Assembly (NCBI GenBank): GCA_030390025.1
Contig: CM059432.1
Location: 149,794,001-149,858,000 of the forward strand
Source of the DNA: Squalus acanthias
Lineage: Eukaryota
Length of the DNA: 64,000 bases
Direction: 5' to 3'
In this document: in pieces, positions 1-12,032 of the stretch
Layout: each line of letters opens with the position of its first letter
Numbering within the stretch: the stretch's first letter is position 1
Notes under the pieces: generated by a model
What the model saw: the letters and a program-made list of their open reading frames with translations, nothing else
What the model was told of the DNA's origin: nothing
Database searches by the model: none
Program-made: the position numbers and the translations under genes

Positions 1-1084
1 CGCCTGCTGTCCTTGTCCTTCTAGGTGGAAGAGGTCGCGGGTTTGGGAGGTGCTGTTGAAGAAGCCTTGGCGAGTTGCTGCAGTGCACCTTGTAGATGGT
101 ACACACTGCAGCCACGGTGCGCCGGTGGTGGAGGGAGTGAATGTTTAAGGTGGTGGATGGGGTGCCAATCAAGCGGGCTGCTTTGTACTGGATGGTGTCG
201 AGCTTCTTGAGTGTTGTTGGAGCTGCACTCATCCAGGCAAGTGGAGAGTATTCCATCACACTCCTTACTTGTGTCTTGTAGATGGTAGAAAGGCTTTGGG
301 GAGTCAGGAGGTGAGACACTCACCGCAGAATACCCAGCCTCTGACCTGCTCTTGTAGCCACAGTATTTAAGTGACTGGTCCAGTTAAGTTTCTGGTCAAT
401 GGTGACCCCCCCCAGGATGTTGATAGTGGGGGATTCGGCGATGGTAATGCCGTTGAATGTCAAGGGGCAGTGGTTAGCCTCTCTCTTGTTGGAGATGGTC
501 ATTGTCTGGCACTTGTGTGGTGCGAATGTTACCTGCCACTTATCAGCCCAAGCCTGAATGTTGTCCAGGTCTTGCTGCGTGCGGGCATGGACTGCTTCAT
601 TATCTGAGGAGTTGTGAATGGCGCTGAACACTGTGCAGTCATCAGCGAACATCCCCACGTCTGACCTTATGATGGAGGGAAGGTCATTGATGAAGCAGCT
701 AAAGATGGTTGGGCCTAGGACACTGCCCTGAGGAACTCCTGCAGCGATGTCCTGGGGCTGAGATGATTGGGCTCCAACAACCACAACCATCTTCCTTTGT
801 GCTAGGTATGACTCCAGCCAGTGGAGAGTTTTCCCCCCGATTCCCACAGACTTCAATTTTACTCGGGCTTTTTGATGCCACACTCGGTCAAATACTGCCT
901 TGATGTCAAGGGCAGTCACTCTCACCTCACCCCTGGAATTCAGCTCCTTTGTCCATGTTTGGACCAGGGCTGTAATGATGTCTGGAGCCGAGTGGTCTTG
1001 GCGGAACCCAAACTGAGCATCAGTGAGCAGGTTATTGGTGAGTAAGTGCCGTTTGATAGCACTGTCGACGACACCTTCCATCAT
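1..1084 (-). mobile_element. LINE fragment (CR1/Jockey-group 'family A'), RT domain of ORF2, truncated by window edge
   Basis: ORF 320..1084 has RT motifs QFGFR, LDIKAVFDRVWH, GVPQGSVLGP, FADD. Homologous to the + strand copy at 29222-31895. Confidence 0.93.
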
Positions 1085-1510
1085 ACCAGGAATGAGAGGC
1101 TTTGGTTATAAGGAGAGACACGAGGAACAGGCCTCCTTTCATTTGTACAGAGGAAGCTGATTGAGTTGATCTGATAAAGTAAATTGGGGAGAAAAAGATT
1201 ATTTCCATTGGTGGATAAGTTGGCTAGTAATGAGCATAAATTCAGGATCATCACCAAAGGAACACATTAAGATTGTTTTTGATTTAGAGGGCTCTTAGGA
1301 CATGGGATGTCCTATCAGAACCAGTGGTGGAAGCAGAATCCACAATAGCTTTGAAAAGGAAAGTTGATAAATATTCGGGGGGAGAAAAGTTGAAAAGGTC
1401 TGGGGAAAGGTCATGGAAATGAAACTATTTGGATAACTCTTTCAGAGATCTCGCACAGATGCAGTGGGCTGAATGGCCTCCTTCTGTGCTGTAAAATTCT
1501 ATGATTCCAA
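1085..1510 (+). mobile_element. degraded CR1 LINE 3' end
   Basis: Decayed similarity to other CR1 C-termini in the window; ends in the CR1-type tail gctgaatggcctccttctgtgctgtaaaattctatgatt. Confidence 0.75.
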
Positions 1511-2046
1511 ATAAATGCTAATTATTTCAGTATCTAAATGCTCACTAGGATTTTTTTATTTGTTTTTTTCCCCCCAGTGCTTGTTAAAATGTATTTAGCT
1601 TTTTGCTCTTTGTTCTGTTTCAAGACCTAGTTTGTATATATATTTTATGTAAAATTTGAAGTGAATATAGGATTTTACAAATCCAGCAGCAATGTCCCAG
1701 CTATGCCTCAGATTGTGCTCCAAGATGTGTAGGATCCCAGAGCTTTCAGCCACAGGACATTACCTCAGACTCCTAGACAATCTACTTGTACAGTATAGCC
1801 GCTTCTAAAATTGCCACAGCATCACTTATAAACAATATATCAACAATGGCAGTAGTCCGTTGTACGTCCAACCCCAACATATGCCAGTAACACACTAATA
1901 TATTTCAGTAGCCCTCCAAAATACAGTCAACTACACCCTCATGATACAAAAGAACCCCAAAACACAAAAAAGCCCTGCCCCCAAAATGCGCTCAATGTTC
2001 CCCACAATATATCCAGTATTCCCATGAAATACACTGACAACCCGTC

Positions 2047-2946
2047 CAAATTGGTGGAGTGGTAAATAGCGAGGAGGGAAGCCTCAGGCTACAGGATGAT
2101 ATAGACGGGTTGGCCAGATGGGCAGAACAGTGGCAAATGGAATTTAACTCTGAAAAGTGTGAGGTGATGCATTTTGGGAGGACTAACAAGGCAAGGGAAT
2201 ACACAATGAATGGTAGGACCCTAGGAAGGACAGAGGATCAGAGGGACCTTGGTGTGCATGTACATAGATCCCTGAAGGCAGCAGGACAGGTAGATAAGGT
2301 GGTTAAAAAGGCATATGGGATACTTGCCTTCATTAGCTGAGGCATAGAATATAAGAGCAGGGAGGTTATGATGGAGCTGTACAAAACGCTAGTTAGGCCA
2401 CAGCTGGAATACTGTGTGCAGTTCTGGTCACCACACTATAGGAGGGATGTGATTGCATTGGAGAGGGTGCAGAGGAGATTCACCAGGATGTTACCTGGGC
2501 TGCAGCGCTTCAGCTATGAAGAGAGACTGGACAGGCTGGGGTTGTTTTCTTTAGAGCAGAGAAGGCTGAGGGGGGACCTGATTGAGGTGTACAAAATTAT
2601 GAGGGGCATAGATAGGGTAGATAGAAATGAACTTCTCCCCTTAGTAGAGGGGTCAATAACCAGGGGGCATAGTTTCAAGGTAAGGGGCAGAAGGTTTAGA
2701 GGGGATTTGAGGAAAAACTTTTTCAGCCAGAGGGTGGTTGGAATCTGGAACTCACTGCCTGAAAGGGTGGTAGAGGCAGGAACCCTCACAACATTCAAGA
2801 AGCATTTAGATGAGCACTTGAAACGCCATAGCATACAAGGCTACGGACCAAGTGCTGTAAAATGGGATTAGAATAGACAGGGCTTGATGGCCGGCGCGGA
2901 CACGATGGGCCGAAGGGCCTCTTTCTGTGCTGTAATACTCTATGAT
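2047..2946 (+). mobile_element. CR1 LINE, 5'-truncated (RT C-terminal region and 3' tail)
   Basis: ORFs 2059..2340 and 2368..2871 are in frame across one stop (WQMEFN..KCEVMHFG; LVRPQLEYCVQFWSP; RRLRGDLIEVYKI); CR1 tail. Confidence 0.95.
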
Positions 2947-4094
2947 AGAAGTAACCCCAAAACTCCAGCAATCAACCTGGTCCCAAACAAAACATTGAGA
3001 CAGACACCAACTCTCACCTACTCTTGTTTACCGGGTCAGAGAGAAGATCCCTCTGCTGACATGCTGTTGCCCAGTGGTGCTCTGAAGATTTTTGAAGTAG
3101 TTCCATTAAAAGCTTTAGGCTTCTACACATCTCAAAACAGGGCTAACATTATACCAGTGACATTCACAAGACCTTCTTTAACATAAAGACTGCAGCGATC
3201 TTATTGGTGAAAGACGATTACAATGAGTTGATTTGGAAAAGGGAAAGCAATTTGAGATTCCCTGCATGCCCCAGAACCATTAAAACAGTCAATCAGTCCT
3301 TTTCACCCCCCAATTTCTTGTTCTTCCTGCAGCGTGAGTGCATTATCTTTCAAGAGCAACGATCTTGTTTCGGAGTGGGTTAATTGTTATTGTACTTTGG
3401 AAGGGCTGCCAGCGTACTATTGGAGGAGAATGCTGGGTGAATTATGGGGGCACTTTTTTTTATATTGGGGTTCATGTGTGTCTCGGGATATGTAGTTGAC
3501 TGTATTTTGGTGGGATACTGAGTGTTGCTGGTGTCTATTGGTGGTTGGATGTACTTTGTAAGATTAGTGGGGATGGTATAGTTTTAGGGTTTGCTAATGT
3601 GCTGAGAATGTTTGGAATAGTTGAGGATGATGGGTGTATATTGGAGTTGGTGCATATTTTTAAGGATTTGTTGTATATTGTGAGTTGTTGGGTGTATTTG
3701 GAGGTTTATTGGTGGATTGGAAATTGTTGAGTATATTAATGGCGGGTGATTGTCTATATTGCGAGCTGTTGACTGTATTTCGGGGCATTGCTGGTGGTAT
3801 GGGGGGCTGTTAGGTTTCATTTAGCAGGGAGTTTGTTGTGCTTTGCCAATTGTTGGATCATATAACTCTCCTGCCGTAAACCAGCATATCACCACAAGCA
3901 GTGCCATGGGAGAGGCACCAATGTGACTTATTTGCACATAGAGAGGAATTTTCAACTTCGGAAGGGGCATAGAATGGGCAATATCGGATCGTCCGCCTGT
4001 TATGCACCATACCCAATTTTTGTTTCCATTCATGCCAGGATTGACGCCGAATGGCTTCCTTCTGTGCCATAAATTTCTCTGATTCTCTGATTAA

Positions 4095-4441
4095 TATTTC
4101 ATGAAAGAATCTCCATTGGTAAAGGCTGAAAAAGTGAATAATTTGGGAGTCTTCATTGATGATAACCTGAAGGTCCTTGGCCGGTGTGAAGCAGTTATCA
4201 ATAAGGCAAATCCGGAAGTACTTTTTCACCGAAGTGAAATTCTCAAACTCTTTCCCCCAACAGGCTGTGGATTGCTGGGGGTCAATTGGAGTTTTCAGGC
4301 CCAGAGTTCGATTGTTTTTTTCTGGAATAAGGGTATCAAGGGATTTGGGTCAAAGGCATGACGCACAGATCAGCCATGATATTAATTGAATAGTAGAACA
4401 GGCTCAAGGGGCTGAATGACCTACTCCTATTCCTATGTTCC
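4095..4441 (+). mobile_element. degraded CR1 3' fragment
   Basis: gatcagccatgat...ggctcaaggggctgaatgacctactcctattcctatgtt tail matches other CR1 copies in the window. Confidence 0.7.
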
Positions 4442-4917
4442 CACTCTTCTCCTTTCCCAACCCAGTTAAGCTGCTCTACTTCTTCCACTGACCCCTGTTC
4501 GAACTGACACACTTCCCTTCCCCCCCATCAGAATTTCTGCTTGTACTCTGTGCTTCCACCCCCCCGGTTCATGTTGCCACTCTCCCGCTCCACTCCCTCT
4601 CAGTTAATGCTGCTACTTTCCTTCTTTCCCTGGCCCACAGCACTCTTGCCAGCTTCTCCCCTCTCTCCCCCCCGGCCTCCCCAGCATTTTTTGTCCATTT
4701 CCCCTTGCTTCCATTGCCATCCATTTATCTCTCCCTCCGTTGCCATCAAATTCCCCCTTCCCTCTCCCCTTCACTTCTCCCACTCCTTCTGTCCTTGACT
4801 GCCATCCACTCATGCCTCCATCTATTTCAGCTCTCCCTGAGCATTCTAATCCCTTCTTATCTCATTTTCCAGTGTAGCCTTTAGCTTGTAATTATCTAAG
4901 AATTTTCTGCCTTTTAG

Positions 4918-5011
4918 GAGAACCTGATCCGTTCATATCCTCAGCCAGGGCTTCACGCAGTGTACCGGACTGGAGGGAACCCGAACGGATGCAGGCTCAT
5001 CCTCTGCTAAT
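4918..5011 (+). CDS. candidate terminal coding exon of an unidentified host gene (ENLIRSYPQPGLHAVYRTGGNPNGCRLILC*)
   Basis: Acceptor ttttctgccttttAG; open phase-0 frame to TAA; non-repeat, CpG-containing; followed by AT-rich unique sequence with ATTAAA (~5354) and AATAAA (~5434). Product not recognised. Confidence 0.35.
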
Positions 5012-6396
5012 TTAATTCATTCTGAAATGAATCTGCTCTCATTGCGAGTGTGTGGAAGGAGGATGTGGCAACTGCAGGCTTCAATTATCATTGATTACAG
5101 CAGGCTAATCTTAAATTACATAGAAGATAACCAATACGGAACATCGTCTGTTTGCACAGAGAAAATGCCACTGTTTGAGGTCTTTTCATCAAATAACTCT
5201 GTATTTATCTCAAGATCTCTGTCTTTCAAAATAATTGAAATGAAACAATCATCTTGTCACACTTGATGTTGATTTGGGGTTATTTTTACCACTGACGTTG
5301 GATCTATTTGAAAGTGTGTCTGTTGTTTTGACTGCATAATCACATTCATTCTAATTAAAGTCACTGAATGGATTACTCCACATGGAAAAATAGCACCACT
5401 GAATTAGAAATTCTCCAATTTGCATATTTGATTAATAAATTCAGCAAAGTATAATTTCTGCCTGTGTCTGAGCCGAAACAAATTCAAATGAAGCCTGAAC
5501 ATTTCTTTCAGCGTAACTCGTGGTTAAAGCTAGTGATCTGTCACGGGAAATTTACTCCCAAATATGGGGAACAGTCCTGAGTAAAGTCAGGAATGCTGGT
5601 GCTGGCTGTAAGGTGACTTGATTGCCAGTAAAGCACAGCCCTGCGCTGCAACTGTGAAGTGAATTTTATGATATCGCGCTACCGGCCACTAAACCTTGCA
5701 TGAGCGCATATTGGGAACCACATTCCAGAGGGTTTAAGGACAGAAAATCACAATGGGTCACAAATCCGTCTCCAACACCTAACTTCCCGATATGAGCTCC
5801 CATCACACAAAGCAATGCACCAGGGTGCTCAAATAGTAAAATTTAGCTCAAATTTGGCTCTAATGAGAATTCTGGGGTAATTTAACAACTCGACAAATTT
5901 GTTTGGGAAATTACGACCTCGCAATGCGGGGTGTTTAGCGCCGGCCGTTCAGGCCCATTTTGGAGAAAATATGGCCGCCACCTTGCTTCCGCCCGCTGCC
6001 GGCAGGTCCCGCGGCGGACGACATTTTCGGCAGGTCGGCAGCGCTGCCACTACCTGCGCTCGCTGCAGAATGGAAACGAGGCAGACCGTGACGTCAATGA
6101 GTGTGCAACGCTCACTTGACGCATGATCTGCCCTTTTAGCTGTTGCCGCTCCACTTACCGCCCTCTCTTAATCAGGACCAGCTGACCAAGTGTTCAGCAG
6201 CAGGAAGGAACCTCCAGCAGCGATATTTAAAGGGATCATCAACAACTTGCAGCTGACACGGTTTCTCAGTTTGACCGGCTCTGTGGAACTTTCTGCAACT
6301 CTTGCAGCTTTCTAAACTTGTTTCAAGTTCCTAAGGTGACAGGGTGCGCCTTCATTCTCATTTAAAGGCTTCTGTTCACACCACTTGCTCCCAGTC

Positions 6397-6980
6397 ATGG
6401 GGCTCTACTTGCAGTCCCCCTCGCGCTCGAGTATCTTTGGGAGAGGGAGCAGAGGCAGCGAAGAAGAGGAGAAGATGCTCGCAGAGGGAGGAGGAGGGCC
6501 AGGAGGGCTCTCAGCAGGGGCCTTACCCACGTAGGGTCTCCCGAGAGCACTTCTCTCACCTCCACTTAAGCGAGGAGCAGTGTATTAGGAGGCTCCGCTT
6601 CACCAAGGAAGTTGTCACAGAACTCTGCCACCTCCTGCAACCAGACCTGCAGCCTGAGAGCAGGGCGAACACGGCTCTCCCAGTGGCCGTCAAGGTCACC
6701 GTGGCCCTCAATTTCTTTGCCAGTGGATCCTTCCAGTCTGCAGCAGGAGCCAGAGCTAACATCTCCTAATTCACCGTCCATTGCTGCATCCGGGAGGTCA
6801 CAGACGCTCTCTACTCCAGGAGAAGGAATAGACCCCCGAATTTCTAGGTGAGAATTTCAGAGCAGAGAGAAGCAGGACGAGCACGCATGTGGTTTTGCCA
6901 CAGGTAGCGGGCTTCCCCATTGACTGCACACACGTGGCTTTGCAGGGCACAGTACACCAATCCTGAGATGTTCCGTATCC
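6397..6980 (+). pseudogene. Harbinger DDE transposase (HARBI1-like), N-terminal half, disrupted
   Basis: RRLRFTKEVVTELCHLL..LPVAVKVTVALNFFASGSFQ, a stop at 6767, then GFP..IDCTHVAL. Truncated at ~6980. Confidence 0.9.
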
Positions 6981-8513
6981 TATAAAGTTGGATCCACAAG
7001 GTCTCTCCAGAAGTTGTCCATCATTTCCATCCTGGAAATCATGGGGTCCAAGCTCTGCATGAAGCCTCGCCCAATGTTGGAGCCGGACTCCTCCATGCTT
7101 CTTGACATTGCCAAGAGGCTCTCTGGCTGGCTTGCTATTGCACCTAGCATTTCCGTGTGTATGCCCATCACCCTTCTTCTGAAGGCCGCCCCATCGAGGT
7201 CATCATCTGAGTCCTGTGCAGCAGAACTTGTGCGCGAACTTGCCCTCCGGGGAGCTGACCCCTGAGCTACCCTTTCCCCCTGGCCTTGCTGCAGCCCACT
7301 CGTGCCCGGTGCCTCATCCTGTGCAGATCCCTGCATCTATAATACCCTCTACATTCCGCGCAGTGCCATTTTCTGAGCTGGTGTCTGCGAGTGTCAGATG
7401 CAGTGACGGTGTGTCTACTTCTTCTTCTCCATCACTCTCCTTCACAACTTCGGGGACAGCCTGTGCTGGTGGCAGTTCTTGGGTATCGGAAATCAGAAAG
7501 GCACAAGAATTAGGTTGCGGTGAGGGGAGGGAGGAAAGAAAGATATCCATGCACACAGCATCAGCAGCTTGTAAGTGAGAAGAGATTGTGGGATGAGGGG
7601 GAAGTGGGATGTGAGAAGAGGATTAGGAATGACCAGACCGTCATCATCAGCAATGGCTTCAACTTCTCCCGTGGCCATGGACTCCAGTCACTGCCCCTCC
7701 AGTTATGTCAAGGACCGATTCCTCCAGGTCAGTCAGGTTCTCTATAGCGGCTCGGCTGCCTCCCGTCTGCCGCTGCTCCCTCCTGTTCTGGGCCACCTTT
7801 GCCTGCAAGAGAAAGGGAAGTGTGTCAGTGAGTGTGGTACAATGTGTTTGGGTAAAGTGTGTCGGTGAGTGTGGTGCATTGTGTTTGGGTGAAGTGTGTC
7901 AGTGAGTGTGGTGCAATGTGTTTGGGTGATGTGTGTGTCAGTGAGTGTGGTGCAATGTGTTTGGGTGAAGTGTGTCAGTGAGTGTGGTGCAATGTGTTTG
8001 AGTGATGTGCCTGCCATAGTTGAATAGCTGTCAGTGTGTGCAAGGTGTGAGATGTGGGTGTGAGTGTTGCAGCAGTGGTAAGGTTGTGAGAGTGAAGTGA
8101 AGCTATGATTGTGTGGTCTGAGTGGTGATAGGTAGAGATTATTGGTAGGTGAGTGCTGGGGATGTGATGCTTTGAGCAGTGTGTGAGGCTTGTGGTGCCG
8201 ATGGTGGGATATGGCATTTTCTGAAGCCTTCACTCACCTTAGCCACCCATGTGAGGCCATTAAACTTCTTACGGCACTGGATCCATGTTCTCGGTACCAC
8301 ACTATTGGCCATCGTGTACCCAGCTATCTTTTGCCACAGTCTTCTCGAAGTATGCGCTGATGGCTTCCTGCCACCCTGCGGGAACAGGACAGCCCGCCTC
8401 CTCTCCAAGACCAGTACCAATGCCTCCAGAGCCACATCAGAGAACCTTCTGGCTCGTTCTCTTTGCTGCTGCTGAGCCTTGTGTTTCAAATGGAATTCCA
8501 ACTGCATTGACAA
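6980..8513 (-). pseudogene. Harbinger Myb/SANT-like DNA-binding gene, 3 exons (~8513-8238, ~7802-7640, ~7487-6980)
   Basis: RERARRFSDVALEALV..LWQKIA..RTWIQCRKKFNGL; GTGAGT donor at 8237; cttgcAG acceptor at 7803; exon 2 AKVAQNRREQRQTGG; frameshift in exon 2. Confidence 0.85.
7820..8007. repeat. minisatellite, ~5 x 37 bp (gtgtgtcagtgagtgtggtgcaatgtgtttgggtgaa) in Myb intron 1
   Basis: Direct tandem copies visible. Confidence 0.9.
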
Positions 8514-8799
8514 TGAGGTGCTGCTGCATCAAAGCACCTCCCCTTTAAGTACTGGACAGAGCCTAGGCCAAACATTACTGGCCATTAGACTGCACCTGAT
8601 ATTGGCCCACCTGTTGAGCAGCAAGCCAATCAGCATCGCGTTTAGCGTTAAGATCAACACTCCAATCGTGTAAGTGAGCAGGCAGCACGAACTTTACGTC
8701 CTGCCTGCAGCACTTTGAACCGGCGCAGCCAAATAGCGCTGGGCCATGACACCGCCCGTTTTCGGGCCATATCAAATTTCTAGGCCTAAATCTTTTATG

Positions 8800-9361
8800 C
8801 ACAAATTTGGCCACTGGCTGGCCGGGTTTCCCAAGCCTCAGGAAACCCGACAGCTGAAGGGAGGCGAGGACAGCTTCAGGGAGAAGGTACATGCCTTTAC
8901 AGCACTCCTTGTAGGCCAGGAGGAGCAGGAGTGCTTCCTCCCAGCTCCTCAAGTTCCACCACCAAAAGTCACCCCACATACAAAGATCCCCAGGGTCAGG
9001 AATTGGACCCCCTCCCGGGATCGGGGATCGGACCAACCCCCGCGATCGGAAACCCCGGGATCATCCCCACCCATCGGGGTCGGAGATCGGACAACCCTCC
9101 ACCCCCCCGCCCCGGATTTGTCCCCTCCCCCGGGGTCGTGAATCCGACCTACCTACTCCTGCGGCCTGCTCCAGAGTCCTCCCCGCCTGACTGGAAGCCA
9201 AGCCTGTCAATCTGGCTGAACTTCGGGCGGAGAAGCTGTCAAGGACAACAGACGCACGCTGTGGAGCCAAAACTCCCCAGCGTGTGGGGAAGTCCATCTG
9301 AAACACCGCCCCCCCCCCTCCCTCCCCACCCCACCTATCCCGCCCCGTTAATATCCAGGCC
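8800..9361. mobile_element. partial Harbinger-type MITE (right half)
   Basis: GC/CpG-rich; ends aatatccaggcc; resembles the MITE at 60394-60923. Confidence 0.55.
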
Positions 9362-9595
9362 TCTATGTTTGTTACTCAGTTTCCTAACTTTTTGCATATT
9401 TTTTCCTCTTCCTCCCTTCCACTATTAGTTGGTCTGTCGACTACCCCTATTAGTGTGATTGATCCTTTATTATCTCTTATCTCTATCCACATGGATTCTA
9501 TTTCTGTCTTAATGATGGCTGCGTTACTTTTATCTACTGCCATTATGTTATCTCTAATAAGTACAGCAGCTCCCCCTCCCCTTTTCCCAGTCTAT

Positions 9596-11397
9596 GGGAT
9601 GGATTTTTCCAACTTGGGCGGGTCCATGGCGGGTGACGTCCGTGGCCTGTGGGGACCCCAGCATCTGTCTCGATCCCGGCCTCCAACATGATTTTCCGTT
9701 GATGGGGCTTGTTAAGCCCCGCCCTGCGAGGTTCTGGCCAATTAACAGGAAGCGGGTCTGATGACGTCATTTGATGATGCGTCATCAGCCGGTTTCCTTA
9801 AAGGGACCACGTCCACATTCATTTTGACAGTTGTGCTGTCAGTGTTCTACAGCATTAAAGTGCTGCAAACACTGACAAGGACTACACAAAGGTGCAGGGC
9901 TTCACCCAGGCTCTCCCATGACTCCCTCCATATGCTTATGGAAGGAGTCACAGCACACAGGGAGGTTCTCTTCCCTCCCCAGGACACCAACACAGCCTGG
10001 TTGCACATTGCACAGGAGGACACAAGCAGGGATGTGGTCAGGAGGACCAGGCTGCAGTGGCGCAAAGCTTTCAATGATCTCAGTAGATCGTGAAATGTTA
10101 TTGCAAAGCCACACTCAACCTCATCCTGCTGTGCCACTTATCACATCCCCATCACTCTGCCTTCCCTACCCTACCCCTGCACATCTTTACTCACACCAAC
10201 TTACCTTGCACCTCCACCCATCCCTCTCTATCTATGTTATCACTTCCCCATTTCACTAACCACCCCTCACACTCAGCCTCATCCTTGTCCAATCATTCAA
10301 ACTAACAACACACAAGGGTAGACACTTGTGTGCTTTAGCCAATGTTCGTGTAAAGTTTCTGGTAATGCGTTGTCAAGCATTGAAATCTTTATTTTCAACA
10401 CTTTGTCTTCTTGGACGGATTTGTGTGGACCTTTGGAAGTGTCTTAGTGAGTTCCAGTGAATGGTGAGGCATAATGTTCTCCCGCCACCACCCCCCCCCC
10501 CCCCCACCCCCCCCACCCCCAATGCTGATGAGTGTGAAAGGAATGGCTTGGTCATTGTACGGATGCTTTATGGTGCTGGTGTGGGGTGGTGCCAACCTGG
10601 TGCATCATGTGGCAGCCAGGGTGTACAGCGTTAAGTGAAGTAAATCTGGAGATGGTGAGGCCATCGCTGACCTCCAGGGCAGCAATGTGCACGGGTGATG
10701 ATGTCCTGTGTCCAGTGCAGCATCAGTTGATTGCGGAGAAGGTTGGTGTGGATGTTGGTGCTGCTGGTGTGCCCGGTGATGCTGGTGTTGGGGCTGATCG
10801 TGTTGGGATTCTGAGGACGAAGGTGAGATTTTTTCAAGGGCACCGATGCTGATGGAATAGATGGCAGGTGAGGTTGAGATGACAGGAGTAATCTGTCAAT
10901 GGTGAGAGAGGTTGTTCCAAGGAGGTGACAGTGGATAGAGAGTTTGCTCCAAATACTTGCAACCTGCATAAATGTGAATCTGTCTTCCAAATGCAGTAAG
11001 CAACAGCTTCTAACCTTGAAACGTGAAGACCTATGAAATGGGAGCTTTCATAAAACATTTGCCGCTGTCAGGTTAGTAAATCATTCCAAGCTGACACAAC
11101 ATCCGACCTACTTACCTGACGTGATCCCCGCACTCCGGAAAACTCGTGGAAAAGCTGGTAAAATGGTAAGTACATGATAAAATCCTGCTTAACTACCTTT
11201 TAACAAGCTTTTAACTATCTAAATTGGCTGACCCGCCGCTTGGGGTCGGGTCTGTTCAGGAATGACAGACCCGACACTTGGGAAACTGACACGGAGGCGG
11301 GATGACAGCGGGATACTGACCCGCTGTCAATCTTTTTGATTTTGACAGTGGACCCGCCTCCGAACTCCGAACTCTGAGCACTGGTAAAATTCCAGCC
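9596..11397 (+). mobile_element. non-autonomous Harbinger with Myb exon-1 remnant
   Basis: Ends gggatggatttt / aaaattccagcc, flanked by TAT on both sides; 9880-10090 encodes PRLSHDSLHMLMEGV..AWLHIA..RTRLQWRKAFNDL; homologous to 46362-48900. Confidence 0.85.
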
Positions 11398-11529
11398 TAT
11401 CTTTTCTAAATATGTTATGTCCAGCAATCTTTAATTCTCAGTCCTGATATTTCTGTACCCATGTCTCAGTAATCCTGACTATATCTGGTTCCTCGCAATG
11501 TATTATTGCCTCCAGTTGCTCCGTTTTAT

Positions 11530-11725
11530 TAGTCTACTACAGCTGATACACTACAGTACAGTGTGTTTGTTACAACTAATACACTGTACTACTATTTGTA
11601 TACTACAGCTGATACACTACAGTACGTGTATTACAGTAATGCCAGTGTAGTAGACTTGTATACTACAGTACTGTCTCTATACTACAGCCGATATAGTAAT
11701 GTCATTGTGCTACAGCTGATACAAT
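11530..11725. repeat. degenerate tandem repeat (tactacagctgatacactacagtac-like units)
   Basis: Repeated tactacag/ctgatacac motifs. Confidence 0.6.
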
Positions 11726-11727
11726 TA

Positions 11728-12032
11728 TTTTTTATTCATTCATGGGATGTGGGCGTCGCTGGCAGCCAGCATTTATTGCCCATCCCTAATTGCCCTTGAG
11801 AAGGTGGTGGTGAGCCGCCCTCTTGAACCGCTGCAGTCCGTGTGGTGAAGGTGCTCCCACAGTGCTGTGAGGGAGGGAGTTCCAGGATTTTGACACAGCA
11901 AAGTTGAAGAAACGGCGATATATTTCCAAGTCAGGATGGTGTGTGACTTGGAGGGGAACTTGGAGGTGGTGGTGTTCCCATGCGCCTGTTGCCCTTGTCC
12001 TTCTAGGTGGTAGAGGTCGTGGGTTTGGGAGG
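11728..12032 (-). mobile_element. family A LINE 3' end
   Basis: Reverse complement of the tail gggcaataaatgctggc..gacgcccacatcccatgaatgaataaaaaa. Confidence 0.9.

Larger units (their letters stand above)
5905..8786. mobile_element. PIF/Harbinger transposon, internally deleted (transposase +, Myb/SANT gene -)
   Basis: Right end aaatttctaggcc followed by TAA; both Harbinger genes present convergently; left end degraded and approximate. Confidence 0.85.

Noticed and set aside
4445..4870. Pro/Ser-rich ORFs
   Set aside because: Low-complexity pyrimidine tract producing chance ORFs.
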